Below, in pieces: positions 1 to 10,219 of a stretch of DNA of 64,000 nt. The position numbers were made by a program, and so were the translations under genes. The stretch is from Thermodesulfobacteriota bacterium (GTDB lineage: Bacteria; Desulfobacterota; Desulfarculia; JACQYL01). Each line of letters begins with the position of its first letter. The first letter of the stretch is position 1. The stretch is taken from positions 128,001-192,000 of the forward strand of contig CAXXLZ010000001.1 of the NCBI GenBank assembly GCA_963675595.2. The letters run 5' to 3'. Under the pieces are notes generated by a model. That model saw only the letters and a list, made by a program, of their open reading frames with translations, was not told the DNA's origin and ran no database searches.

Positions 1-550
1 TCATGATAAAACTCTCATAACTCCTGGACCAAAAACTGGGGGCTTGACAGGGTCCCCTGTGCGAATCTCGATTGGATCGGGTTCACCGCCCGGGAGTAGG
101 CCGCGGGAAGCATGCCGTAAGTCATGGGAAACCGCCTTTTCGTGATGAGTAGGATATCATGGGAAAGGCAAGTTACGTGCCTTTGCGGGGCATGGATTCC
201 AGTTCGGCGGAAAGCCTTACGGGATGAGGCATAGGGCAATTTTGCGAGTGGTGATTCGGAATTACCCTATGGAAATGGTTTCCCGGTTTTGGTGGAAGGA
301 GGAAAATCTTGCCCTTGGATGTTCATGGCCTCTCGGACCGCTGGGGATTGATACCAACGCCGTCCGGATCTCTTCGGCCGTCCGTTTTGGGAAGGGACTT
401 TCGTCGGCCGGCCGTATTCGCGGGGAACGCCTTTACCGCAGGGCCCTTGGTACGGGCGTCACCCGCCGGCACGTGACGAAACCGAACTGGGGAGATTTCT
501 TGCCGGGACCGAAAACGACCAGCGGCATGGTCCTCCGGGAACGCCGGCTC

Positions 551-1021
551 CTAATCGGCCTGAAGCGGGCGGCATCGAGTCCAAACCAACGAACCGACGA
601 TCTCTCGGCCGCCGCTTTGAATCGGCGGGGTTCGAAGGACGAGCGTGTCCCCGGAGATTTCGTAGTACCGCACCTGGGGTTCGCCGATCCAGTTGGGGAG
701 CAAACTTGCCGTAACCCGGTGGGTGACGGTTTCGGCTTGGGGATCCACGGTGAAGGAACCGAAGTAGGCCACGTAGCCCTCAAACGCCTCCCGGATTTCC
801 TCCGTGGTGCCGGTGCGTTGATCGCCCGACGCCAGAGGGGGCCGGCCGGGGCGCATCAATTGAGCGGCCATATTGCCGCAGGCGTCGTAAATGAGCAGCC
901 CCTGCGGGTCTTCTCCCAAAGGAAAGGATGTTTCGCCGCCGGTCACGTAAAATTCGGCGGATACCAGTCGCCAAGTGCCGATAAACGGGGCGGCCGCTTT
1001 GGCGGTGAGGCTGGTTTGCAC
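551..1021 (-). CDS. Lipocalin-like domain protein
   Basis: FIGTWRLVS...PLGEDPQGLLIYDACGNMAAQ...YVAYFGSF pattern; GTG start at 1021 with GGAGGA RBS (ATG at 1054 is an alternative). Confidence 0.8.
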   Translation of the reverse strand: MQTSLTAKAAAPFIGTWRLVSAEFYVTGGETSFPLGEDPQGLLIYDACGNMAAQLMRPGRPPLASGDQRTGTTEEIREAFEGYVAYFGSFTVDPQAETVTHRVTASLLPNWIGEPQVRYYEISGDTLVLRTPPIQSGGREIVGSLVWTRCRPLQAD

Positions 1022-1199
1022 GGGGTGTCCTCCTATGTCGAAAATGGTGATCATTCGTCCCCTTCGAGTTGCCCGGAAAGTCCCATAGTGCGGGTTTGTC
1101 GCGCGCCGTCGGGATGAAGCCCGCATGAGGGGAGCCGGGGGAGCATGAGGTCCACGGCGATCCTGCGAACAAATCTCCGATGGCGATTTCTGCAGTACC

Positions 1200-1529
1200 T
1201 CAGGCCCGTGGCGCGTACATGATGATCCCCACGCCGATCATGCAGATGGCACCCCCCAGCAGGTCATAACGGTCGGGTGCCAACCCGTCGATCTTCCAAC
1301 CCCACAGGATGGACAGCACGATGAATATGCCTCCGTAAGCCGCGTAAACACGTCCGAAATTTGCCGGCTGGAACGTGGGTACGATGCCGTAGAGGGTTAA
1401 TATCACGGCTCCGACCAGGGCCAACCAGGCGCTTTTGCCTTCGCGCAGCCAGAGCCAGACCAGATACCCGCCTCCGATTTCAAAGAGACCGGCCAGGACG
1501 AAAAGTGAAACGGACTTGAGAATCACCAT
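1200..1529 (-). CDS. ynfA: YnfA/UPF0060 family small membrane protein
   Basis: [18 protein letters not shown] and [13 protein letters not shown] signatures, four hydrophobic helices. Confidence 0.92.
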   Translation of the reverse strand: MVILKSVSLFVLAGLFEIGGGYLVWLWLREGKSAWLALVGAVILTLYGIVPTFQPANFGRVYAAYGGIFIVLSILWGWKIDGLAPDRYDLLGGAICMIGVGIIMYAPRA

Positions 1530-1850
1530 GGGGTCGCTCCTGTTTCACGGCTGTTCACGGCATCATCAAAGCCAAGTCTGCTGTTACAATGACTCGAAGG
1601 TTCCCGAGTCCGATATTCGTCACGTCGGGGCTCAACCCCGCCGGCCGGGAGCCGTGAGGCGCGCCTTCGGTCCATTTGTCCAATCTTTTGTGCTTCTCAC
1701 CCTGCAACATAAGCACGCGATCGACTCCCGAGTCGTCTCACAGACCCTCGGGGGTCGCTCCGCCTGAGGCGGTGCGGCCGTGTTTGGAGAATTTGCGGGG
1801 GGGCCGGGGGGGCGCTTTTTAAAGCGCCCCCCTGAATGCTCACCTTTGCC

Positions 1851-2693
1851 CTATTCCGCGTCGGCGAGCACCACGCTGTGCACGGCCATGACGGCCACGC
1901 CCAGGGCGAGGGGTTCGTGAATCAGGCGGTCGCCGAGCAAAGCTTCGGCTTTGGGCGTGAGACCGTGGGGCACGCCTGGGGAAGCCACGATGGTGGTGGA
2001 TCGCACCATGGTTTCGGCTAGAATGCCGGCGGCCGGGGTGGCGTCCAGAATGTAGTTTATGGTTCGGCAGGCCTCCGATAGGTCGTCTACCGGAGTCGCC
2101 CGGGGCCAGGCTTTGATGAAGTCCACCAGCCGAGCCTGGTTGACTTCGCGTACATAAACTTTTGCGCCCAACCGGATCAGCGCGTCCACGGCATAGGTTC
2201 CCACGGGTCCTAAGCCCAATACCAACACTTCCTTGCCGGCGATGCCGTCTTCCCGGAGGTTCACGGCTCCGGCCAAGGCCTGGACGAAACCGTGGGCCGT
2301 GGCCCACGCGTTGTCCACGGTACGCTTCATGGGCATGTTCACGGCCAAGAACCGGTAATCGTCGGACGCGAAAAGCACGTCGGCGCGGCTTTCAATCGCT
2401 TCGGCAAATCCTCCCACGTCCATTTGTCCCATGATCTCGGGCCGCATGTCCAGGTGCCTGAGCACGGCGCATATGGCCTCGGCGAAACCGGGGATCACTC
2501 CTTGGCCGGAAGACATGGTAATGACCGCGGCGGAGGATTTCCTGAGGAGGTCTTTGACGCGGGTCAACGGAGCATTCACGGTACGGGCGGCGATGCCCAG
2601 GAGGTCGAAGCCGGTTCTTCTCTTCAGGTCCCCGTCCAGGGCGTTGAGGGAAACGGGAATGTCTTTGATCAAGTCGTGGTATAGGCGGGTCAC
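1851..2693 (-). CDS. pylD: Pyrrolysine synthase / 3-methylornithyl-N6-lysine dehydrogenase PylD
   Basis: N-terminal MTRL..DI, DVGGFAEA, FASDDYRFLA, DNAWATAHGFV, Rossmann GLGPVG, PGVPHG, LIHEPLALGVAVM; directly downstream of pylC. Confidence 0.9.
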   Translation of the reverse strand: MTRLYHDLIKDIPVSLNALDGDLKRRTGFDLLGIAARTVNAPLTRVKDLLRKSSAAVITMSSGQGVIPGFAEAICAVLRHLDMRPEIMGQMDVGGFAEAIESRADVLFASDDYRFLAVNMPMKRTVDNAWATAHGFVQALAGAVNLREDGIAGKEVLVLGLGPVGTYAVDALIRLGAKVYVREVNQARLVDFIKAWPRATPVDDLSEACRTINYILDATPAAGILAETMVRSTTIVASPGVPHGLTPKAEALLGDRLIHEPLALGVAVMAVHSVVLADAE

Positions 2694-2704
2694 AAGGGAT
2701 TCTC

Positions 2705-3853
2705 CTATTCGTCCGGAGGGGACGGGTCCAGAAGGGTTTCACACCGGAATGCTTCGAGCAGGTTCTGAATCGCCCGGTCTCTCTTTTTCCGAGCGAGGTC
2801 TTCGGTATCTTCCACGATGACGGCCGTGGCCTCCCAGGCGAGAGGATTCCTCTGACAATTGGAGATGAACTCGTGGAAGCCAAAGGCGTTGGACATCACG
2901 GCCAAATGCCCCGCGTTTGCCAGGATGTGCTCTCCGGACACCTCGATGGTCTTGTCGCGCTGGCGAAGATGTTCGTAGATCACGGCCTTGCCGCGGGTCC
3001 CTGCGGGCAGGGGATCGGGCGGACGGCCCGACGTCCAATATCGGGCCAGGAGTTCGACCATGTTGATACCGGTGGAATGGAACACCGCGGTGGGGGTCTG
3101 GCTCGGAAGCCGGGCGTCGATTTCAAGGACCTTAAGGCCGTCATCCGGAGACATGACTTCGATGTCCATGATGCCGGAGAGATTCAGTGCCGAAGCGATT
3201 CGCTCGCCCAACCGTCGGAATTCGGCTTCCACTTCCCTGCCGGTGGCGGGTCCTGCCAAGACCCTTTTGCAGTCGTAGACCGCGTCGAATTCCAGTTCGG
3301 TGACCTGGAACCCAACCGCGCGTCCCCGATGCGCCATGACTTCCAGGGAAAAGGAAGGCCCTCCCACAAATTGCTGGATGACCACTTCCTTCCCCAGTTC
3401 GGCAAGCGCTCGGTTCAGGGTTTCCTCGTTGAAAACTCTGCTCACGCCGGTGCTGCCGCTGGATCCGGAAGGCTTGACGATCACCGGAAACCCGCACTGA
3501 GGCCAGGGGTCGGGGGTGGGAATCTCGGCGGACGCGAACAACTCGTTGGATCGAAGTTTGGACGAAGTGACCCGGTAGGACGCAAGGTCCAGGGCCAGGG
3601 GGACTCCCAGCCGGCGGGCCGTTTCATCCAGGTAGGTCAGGGTCTCGATGTTTTCCGTGGCCGGAAGAATGCAATCAAAGGATGGGAGCACGCCTTCGAG
3701 GTCTTGCACGGCGGAATGGAGGAATCGGTCGGCAACTCCGCGTGCCGGAGGTTCGACATCCCGGTCCACCACCGTGGTTTCAAATCCCGCCTTGCGAGCC
3801 AGATACGCCGCCTCCAGGCCCTGGAGTCGGCCGCCGACGATGCAGAGTTTCAT
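2705..3853 (-). CDS. pylC: 3-methylornithine--L-lysine ligase PylC (ATP-grasp)
   Basis: IVGGRLQGLEAAYLARKAG, VKPSGSSGSTGV, YDCKRV, EIDARLPSQTPTAVFHSTGIN, EVSGEHIL; adjacent to pylD. Confidence 0.92.
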   Translation of the reverse strand: MKLCIVGGRLQGLEAAYLARKAGFETTVVDRDVEPPARGVADRFLHSAVQDLEGVLPSFDCILPATENIETLTYLDETARRLGVPLALDLASYRVTSSKLRSNELFASAEIPTPDPWPQCGFPVIVKPSGSSGSTGVSRVFNEETLNRALAELGKEVVIQQFVGGPSFSLEVMAHRGRAVGFQVTELEFDAVYDCKRVLAGPATGREVEAEFRRLGERIASALNLSGIMDIEVMSPDDGLKVLEIDARLPSQTPTAVFHSTGINMVELLARYWTSGRPPDPLPAGTRGKAVIYEHLRQRDKTIEVSGEHILANAGHLAVMSNAFGFHEFISNCQRNPLAWEATAVIVEDTEDLARKKRDRAIQNLLEAFRCETLLDPSPPDE

Positions 3854-3857
3854 GAAA

Positions 3858-5351
3858 TCATCTTCCCGTTAATTCGGCCATAACCGTGTCTCCCTCCGGG
3901 GACCGACCCAGCCTGACCTTTTGTCCGACCCGGTTTTCCGCACAAAGGGCGTTCATGTCGTCCGGACGGGCGGGTCCGTTGGCCAAGAATCTCAGACCGG
4001 GCTCGGTTCTTCCGTAAATGATGGAGTACGCCGGGGAACCGTCCCGCGAGAACACCACGGTGTAGGTTTCGATGGTTCCTTCCCCCGAGGGAGCGGGATC
4101 GAACGGCACGGGCGGGTCTCCCACCAGAAAATTTTCGCGGTCCTCCAAATCGTGAGCGCCGATGTCCGAGTCCGACGGCCGGACTCCATAGACGCCGGCC
4201 GCGTGTTTGTGCATGAACCAGCCGAGCCCCGTAACCATGCCGTTTTCGAGGCGACCTGCAGCGATGTCTTCAGCCAAGGTGGCCACGGAGTGCAGCACGT
4301 AGCTGTTTCCCGGGCCGCCGAAAAAGCCGAGTCCTCCGGTGAGGGTCAGAGGACGGGGGTCTTCCGACGTGAGGCCGAGCATCTTCCGGGCCATGAGAAC
4401 CGCGCAGGGAAAGCAGCTGTAAAGATCGAAGGCTTGGATGTCCTCGAGGCGCATGCCGCTCCGTGCCATGGCTTTTTCCGCGGCGGAGAGCAGGGGAGGG
4501 GACGATGTGAAATTCGTTTTTTCCACCAGGAAGCGCCGGCGGTCTTGGGCGTATCCTCCTCCCAGGAAATAGACGGGGTTTTCTCCCTTGGACCTCCAGG
4601 GAGCCGCTTTGGCTTCAGAGGTCAGCAGTACGGCCGCTCCCATGTCCACGGTTAACAGGGACGTCATGTATTTGGTGTACGGGAAGGTCACCCATCGGTT
4701 TTGGGGGGTGGGCGTCATGATCTCGTTAGGGGTTCTGGGGCTTCGGGTCCATGCATGGGGGTGAGCTGCCGCCACCCGGCTGAACCCGGCCCAGAGTTCC
4801 GCAACACGGGCTCGGTGGGATGCGATGTCCCCTCCTGAGGACTCCGCGGCCAAGGCCGTTTCAAACAGAGGAAAACCATGGATGGGCTGAAACATTCCGT
4901 GCCGGGTTTCTTCGGGAGTCGACCCGATCATGTCGTCGGTGAGGTCTTCCGAGTCCAGCCCTTGCATGAGGCGGTTGTCGCCGTCGGAGACGCGGGAACG
5001 GTAGGTCTCGGCGCCGGCTACCAGGGCGGTCTCCAATTCGCCTCTCGCGATCATGCCCGCGGCCGTGTTGATAAGGGATTGCGGTGTGTTGCCTCCGATC
5101 CGGGCCACGGTCTTAAAGCGGGGAGATGCGCCCAGCCTTTCCGCAAGTTCTCCGGCCGCGTCACGGTACGGAACGCTCATGGTTCGGGTCAGGAAGATTC
5201 CGTCCAGGGAGGTCCGGAGATTTGGGATTCCTGCGCGCTCGAAAGCTTCCAGGGCGGCCTTGTGCATGAGGCCCAAGGGATCGAGGCCTTCGGAGTCCTC
5301 TTTTCTCTGAGTGATTTGCGCCCAACCGGGCAGGACAATTCCGGGTTTCAT
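3858..5351 (-). CDS. Thiolase-like (acetyl-CoA acetyltransferase-like) protein with C-terminal OB-like extension
   Basis: IGGNTPQ, FPYTKYM, VDMGAAVLL, DLYSCFP, LTLTGGLGFFGGPGNSY, KHAAGVY, GTIETYTV. Confidence 0.85.
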   Translation of the reverse strand: MKPGIVLPGWAQITQRKEDSEGLDPLGLMHKAALEAFERAGIPNLRTSLDGIFLTRTMSVPYRDAAGELAERLGASPRFKTVARIGGNTPQSLINTAAGMIARGELETALVAGAETYRSRVSDGDNRLMQGLDSEDLTDDMIGSTPEETRHGMFQPIHGFPLFETALAAESSGGDIASHRARVAELWAGFSRVAAAHPHAWTRSPRTPNEIMTPTPQNRWVTFPYTKYMTSLLTVDMGAAVLLTSEAKAAPWRSKGENPVYFLGGGYAQDRRRFLVEKTNFTSSPPLLSAAEKAMARSGMRLEDIQAFDLYSCFPCAVLMARKMLGLTSEDPRPLTLTGGLGFFGGPGNSYVLHSVATLAEDIAAGRLENGMVTGLGWFMHKHAAGVYGVRPSDSDIGAHDLEDRENFLVGDPPVPFDPAPSGEGTIETYTVVFSRDGSPAYSIIYGRTEPGLRFLANGPARPDDMNALCAENRVGQKVRLGRSPEGDTVMAELTGR

Positions 5352-5621
5352 GACGGTTTCCTATGTGGCTTCATCCGGAGTATCGGGGTCCGGGGTGTTG
5401 AGAGGGAGCATGAGCGTCGCCTGGTCAAAATAATCGATGGAACCGTTCCAATGCAAGTTGCCCGGAGCTCGGACGGCGAGTCTATGAACGGTTCAGGGAC
5501 ACGTACGAGGTTAGGCGAGGGAGCCCGGGTACGGGGAACTCCAAAGGGAGCCGAAGTCAGGCTCCCTTTGGAGAGTCGAGGCGATTCGCACGGGTCGGTA
5601 TTTCGCTCCCGGAGCGGGCTT

Positions 5622-7922
5622 TCAGGTCGTCAGCCGTTTGTACATGGCGGGCAGCACCGTGGGCAACTGCTCCGCTTTGGGAACGATAATGCTTTGAGTT
5701 TGAGGACAGATGAGTTTCATGTACTCGGAGCCTTTTTGGTCCGAGGTGATGATGAAGGGATGGATTCGGTGTCGTCGGGCTTCTCTGAGGGCTCTGTGGG
5801 TATCGGCCACGGCATAGCTCAAGGTGCCGTATTCCAGATCGTACGGGCGTCCGTCGGTCAGGATGACCATCAGCTTGATGAGAGCGGGCACTGCGTTGAG
5901 CTTGTAGATACCGTGTCGGATCGCGGTGCCCAGGCGGGTGAAATGCTTGGGCTCGAGATTCCCGAGACGGTATTGGGCCTTTTCCCCGTAAGGCTCACCG
6001 AAATCCTTCACCGTGAACAGGTCCACTCGGTAACGACCTTCCGAGGTGAAGCCGAAAATGGCGAAGGGGTCTCCCACCGAATCCAGCGCTTCCGCCATCA
6101 GGACCATGGCTTCTTTCTGCAGATCGATGACCCTTCGTCCGCCCACCATTTCTTCGGTGGAACCGCTCATGTCCACGAGAAACAGAACGGCCACATCCCG
6201 GGATCGTTTGTCCCGCCGGATGTACACGCTGTCCGTTAAAGGTCCGCCGGCTTTCATCTCGACAATGGCCGGAATCAGGGCTTCCCAGTCGAGATCGTCG
6301 CCGAACTCCTGGGCGCGAAGCTTTCGGAACTGTTCGGGCTTCAAGCGGAGAAACTGTCTTCGAATCAGGTTGATCAGTCCGTGAAGACGGTTCCTCACGT
6401 CCGCGGCAAACGCGTTGGGTTCGTCCTTGGCCATACGTTGCCGCACCAGACACCAGTCGAGCTTGTAGTCCGAAAGACCGGTGTCCCATTCCTTGTACAT
6501 GAAGGTCTTGAAGGATTCTTCGAGCTCTTCGGCTTCCGGTGAAAGGAATTCAAGGTTGTCGAAAGCCTCTTGAAGGTCGTCCCAAATCCCTTTGAAATCA
6601 CGCTTGCCCTCGGCCATCATGAAGGTGAGCAGAGCTTCCACCACGGCCGGCGGCAGATCGTACTTCTCCTCGGCCTTCATGAGGACTTTTTGAATCAGAC
6701 CGTCGGTGTCTTTGACGAGATGGGGAAGGAGGTCCCCCCACCACGGCATGGGGCGAATGATTTCAGTCTCCGGATCGTCCGAGTATCCTTCCGGCAGGTC
6801 GGGCTCGGCCAGACGCTTCATTTCGGCGAGGAGGGCGGGGAGTTTTTTCAGAAGCCGCTGGTCCGCCTCCACATGCGTCCGGGTGGGGTGGACCCTTCGA
6901 GACATATCCCGCCAGTCCATGGCTTCGAGCAAAGCGGCCTGGTGCAGTGCCATGAGCTTGAACAATCCCAACCGGGGAACCACCTCGGGGAGAAAAATGG
7001 TGCGTCCGTCCGTGGCGGGCCCTCCGGTGAAGCCCTGGACTCCAATGAGGGAGTTGTTGGATCGGATTTTCACCCGCCGTCCGAGGTAGGCCTCGCACAT
7101 GAGGGACAGCATGTTCGCTCGATCCTGGAGCACGATTCCGGAGGTCAAGCTGTCGCGTTTTTCCAGGGACTTGAAGGTCGTGCCGCTGAAGTAGCCCACC
7201 AGTTCTTCTTCCGAGCGGCTGTCCTCGAGTCCCTGATCGACCCAATTGACGGTTTCGGAATCGTTCAGAAGCAGGCAAACACGTGTTCCCAGGCGAATAA
7301 AGGCTTCGGCCGCGGAAGCGGCGCGCAGGGAAATCCTCTCCGCCTGGTCCAGAAGGAAATTCCAATGTTCAAGAGGGGTCGCGCACTGATCGGATACCGC
7401 CTCTTCGAGATAGGCCTTGACGGCCCGGCCCATGCGGCGGCCCGCCTTCAAGGCTTCGATGGCCAGTTCGCCCCAGAGCATCACGTGTTCCGGCCCGAAA
7501 CTTCTGACCGCGGCCGGCGTGTGTTTAAGGAACGCGGAAGCGCATTCCACGTCGGAGTCGGCCATCCGGACGGCGAACAGGGTCCATTCTTCGATGGCGA
7601 CCTCAGTGGAGGATACGGCGCTCACGCTTTCAAAGTAAGACGAGGTCATGGTCCAATTTCGGACCGCGAGACGTTTGGCTCCCCTGAGAATCAGCGGGGT
7701 TGAGGGGTTGCCCCTCAGATTTTCGATGTTGTGGAAAGTACTGATAAAAAAGTTGGTCGCCATGCGGGACCTGAGATGGGCGATGGAGCCGCAGATTCTC
7801 AGATAGGCGTCATGGGTACCGTTGGGCAAACGCTGCAGGATGTCCGGATGGGACCTGAGGAATTCCGTCAGGGAACTCATGCGGACGCGGGAATAAGTTC
7901 GACAGGGAGAGAGAATATCCAT
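5622..7922 (-). CDS. CbbO/NorD-like von Willebrand A domain protein
   Basis: TDGRTIFLP, YKEWD...YKLDWC, MIDAS DMSGST, TRLGTAIRH, LTDGRPYD; 8 nt downstream of the AAA+ gene. Confidence 0.88.
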   Translation of the reverse strand: MDILSPCRTYSRVRMSSLTEFLRSHPDILQRLPNGTHDAYLRICGSIAHLRSRMATNFFISTFHNIENLRGNPSTPLILRGAKRLAVRNWTMTSSYFESVSAVSSTEVAIEEWTLFAVRMADSDVECASAFLKHTPAAVRSFGPEHVMLWGELAIEALKAGRRMGRAVKAYLEEAVSDQCATPLEHWNFLLDQAERISLRAASAAEAFIRLGTRVCLLLNDSETVNWVDQGLEDSRSEEELVGYFSGTTFKSLEKRDSLTSGIVLQDRANMLSLMCEAYLGRRVKIRSNNSLIGVQGFTGGPATDGRTIFLPEVVPRLGLFKLMALHQAALLEAMDWRDMSRRVHPTRTHVEADQRLLKKLPALLAEMKRLAEPDLPEGYSDDPETEIIRPMPWWGDLLPHLVKDTDGLIQKVLMKAEEKYDLPPAVVEALLTFMMAEGKRDFKGIWDDLQEAFDNLEFLSPEAEELEESFKTFMYKEWDTGLSDYKLDWCLVRQRMAKDEPNAFAADVRNRLHGLINLIRRQFLRLKPEQFRKLRAQEFGDDLDWEALIPAIVEMKAGGPLTDSVYIRRDKRSRDVAVLFLVDMSGSTEEMVGGRRVIDLQKEAMVLMAEALDSVGDPFAIFGFTSEGRYRVDLFTVKDFGEPYGEKAQYRLGNLEPKHFTRLGTAIRHGIYKLNAVPALIKLMVILTDGRPYDLEYGTLSYAVADTHRALREARRHRIHPFIITSDQKGSEYMKLICPQTQSIIVPKAEQLPTVLPAMYKRLTT

Positions 7923-7930
7923 GATCGCTG

Positions 7931-8773
7931 TTAGAAGATGCCGCCGACGATTTCGGAAATCGCTTCCTGCATTTCGGGATCGTCGGTCATACAGCGGGTG
8001 ATGGCGGCTTCACAAGCAACGGCCGGAGCGAGGCCGCGGGCCATGAGTTTTCCCGCGTAGACCAGCAGGCGCGTACTGACCCCTTCCTCGAGACCGTGTT
8101 GCCGCAGGTTGCGCACCATGTCGCCCAATCGAACGAGACGCGCGGCGGTTTCTTCGTCCACGCCGGATTCCTTGCGGACGATTTCCTGTTCCTTTTCCGC
8201 CGGCGGATAGCTGAATTCCAATGCCACGAATCGTTGACGTGTTGAATGCTTCAAATCCTTCATCACGCTCTGGTACCCCGGATTATAGGAGATGACCAGA
8301 AGGAAATCAGGATGGGCTTCCAACAGCCGCCCGCGCTTCTCCTGGGGCAGGATCCTCCGATCGTCGGTCAAGGGGTGAATCACCACCGTGGTGTCTTTGC
8401 GGGCTTCCACCACTTCGTCGAGATAACAGATGGCTCCGTTCTTCACCGCCAGGCTCAAGGGTCCGTCCGTCCACTCGGTCTCTTGCTTCTTCAGGAGAAA
8501 CCGGCCCACCAAGTCCGAGGCGGTCAAATCCTCATGGCAGGATATGGTGACCAGAGGGCGGGAGAGCCTCCAAGCCATGTGTTCCAGAAATCGAGTCTTT
8601 CCGCACCCGGTCGGCCCCTTGAGCATAACGGGCAACTTGATGTCATAGGCCTGTTGGAACACCTCCAACTCATCTCCAATGGGGAGGTAGAACGGTTCTT
8701 TGGGCAGATAGTAATGCTCGATGGCCACCTCGTGCGAGGCCTTCAGGGGTCGTGATGTACCGGTCTGCTGCAC
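7931..8773 (-). CDS. CbbQ/NirQ/NorQ family MoxR AAA+ ATPase
   Basis: [56 protein letters not shown]. Confidence 0.95.
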   Translation of the reverse strand: MQQTGTSRPLKASHEVAIEHYYLPKEPFYLPIGDELEVFQQAYDIKLPVMLKGPTGCGKTRFLEHMAWRLSRPLVTISCHEDLTASDLVGRFLLKKQETEWTDGPLSLAVKNGAICYLDEVVEARKDTTVVIHPLTDDRRILPQEKRGRLLEAHPDFLLVISYNPGYQSVMKDLKHSTRQRFVALEFSYPPAEKEQEIVRKESGVDEETAARLVRLGDMVRNLRQHGLEEGVSTRLLVYAGKLMARGLAPAVACEAAITRCMTDDPEMQEAISEIVGGIF

Positions 8774-8919
8774 AGCTGCTCCTTCCGATTCTTCTATAAC
8801 TGCGGAGAATTAGCGGGGACGGCCACGCTTACCGTCCCTTTTCCATACAAGTCAAGTATAGACGACGTCCGGCGCCTCTTCAAGAAGGTTCGAGAAATAG
8901 GGGGGACTTGGGTGCAAGA

Positions 8920-8955
8920 AGGCCGCCGTTGCACGGACGCGCGCAACGGCGGCCT
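8920..8955 (-). terminator. Probable intrinsic terminator after the MtaA-like gene
   Basis: AGGCCGCCGTTGC/GCAACGGCGGCCT inverted repeat followed by a short U-rich tract on the minus strand. Confidence 0.6.
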
Positions 8956-8982
8956 CGCTGAGGCTTGGAAAGGCCCGAGAAC

Positions 8983-10023
8983 TTAGTATTTGCCGTAAAG
9001 CTCCGCGGCCTCCATCATGGCGATGGCGTTCATGATGGAACCGTTGGGCGGATACTCACACCCGGTGGCGAGGATGAAACCGCCGCCTTTGCCCAGTTCC
9101 TCGATCTCGCGCTTGCATTCCTCCCTCATGTCCGCGGGGGAACCAAGAAACGCGTACTGAGCCGGATTGACATAGCCGCAAAGGCAGGTCTTGTCCCCCC
9201 ATTTTTCTTTGGTTTCCTTCATGTCCTTACAGTCGTCCGGCGTGTAGGCGAAGGAAATGGCCACGGGCTGCATGGTTTCTATCTGCACGTCGAAATAGAT
9301 GCCGTTGCCGCAGTTGTGAACCATGACCATGGCGCCTCCCTCGCGAACCGCGTCGGCGATCCGCTTGGCGAAGGGGCCTTCGATTTCTTTCCAAAGTTCC
9401 TTCTTCATGATGCACTGGGAAGCAAACAGGGTATCCAGCACCACGGCATGCACCCCGGTCTTGGTCATGGCCTTGATATAGTCCACCAACACGTCGGTGA
9501 TTACTTCTTCCGCGTGCATCACCGCTTCCTTGTTCTTCATGCAGTCCCGGAAGAGACGTTCCGCGCCTCGCATCATGGAGAGAATTCCCAAAGGGCCGTA
9601 AACGAATCCCATGATGGGCACGGTGGCGCCGCGTTCGTTCATGAGAACGTCGCAGTATTTGACCATTTCATTCATTCGGGGGGCCTTGGCCACATCGATG
9701 CGTTCCACTTTGTAATAGTCGTCGGGAGACTTGATCAGAGGATTGTCGTAGTTGGGATGCGGGGTGTCTTCGATGGGGAACACCACTTCCTGGCCCAGGT
9801 CCGCCGCCTCCACGGACAGGTCCACAAGGGTGAGCACGCCGTCGAAGCCGATGAGTTCCTGTGCCTGAAGCATGCACTTCGCGGCCAGCTCTCCGTCCTG
9901 TGCCCATTCGGCGTAGGTGACTCCGTAGACTCGCCTGGAGGCTCCGCAAACGAGGGGAGCCGCGGGTACGCGATCCGCTTCCTTGAACTGAAGGGCTGTG
10001 GCCACGCGTTCCAAAGATGTCAT
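8983..10023 (-). CDS. Uroporphyrinogen decarboxylase-fold MtaA/CmuA-type methylcobamide methyltransferase (MT2)
   Basis: ADRVP, DLSVEAADLG, GPL, zinc ligands HNCG and TGCEYP, GYVNP. Confidence 0.85.
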   Translation of the reverse strand: MTSLERVATALQFKEADRVPAAPLVCGASRRVYGVTYAEWAQDGELAAKCMLQAQELIGFDGVLTLVDLSVEAADLGQEVVFPIEDTPHPNYDNPLIKSPDDYYKVERIDVAKAPRMNEMVKYCDVLMNERGATVPIMGFVYGPLGILSMMRGAERLFRDCMKNKEAVMHAEEVITDVLVDYIKAMTKTGVHAVVLDTLFASQCIMKKELWKEIEGPFAKRIADAVREGGAMVMVHNCGNGIYFDVQIETMQPVAISFAYTPDDCKDMKETKEKWGDKTCLCGYVNPAQYAFLGSPADMREECKREIEELGKGGGFILATGCEYPPNGSIMNAIAMMEAAELYGKY

Positions 10024-10219
10024 ATTGTCCTCCTGTTTCGCCCGAATGGGGCGGGAAAATGGTAACGGTGGTTTCCCGGAGTTTAGACAACTTAAATTGT
10101 TTTAACATAAAAATAGGTATATTGAAAATAAACCTCTCCCTTACCGCCCGAACGCCTTGGGGGGAGGGGGCCCGGGTGGGAAAAGAGCCTTACCGGCCCG
10201 CTGAAGAAGTCGGATTACG

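Noticed and set aside
1-56. Minus-strand TGTCAAGCCCCCAGTTTTTGGTCCA resembling an IS left end
   Set aside because: At the window edge with no transposase or partner end visible; cannot be supported.
1530-1850. Possible tRNA-Pyl (pylT) near pylD or in the 5352-5621 gap
   Set aside because: No CUCUAAA anticodon loop or cloverleaf found; only GC-rich terminator/REP-like hairpins.
4878-6239. Long antisense or alternative-frame ORFs (also 14948-16366, 19517-21229, 19773-21347, 36250-37572)
   Set aside because: Shadows of real genes, expected in high-GC DNA; no family motifs.
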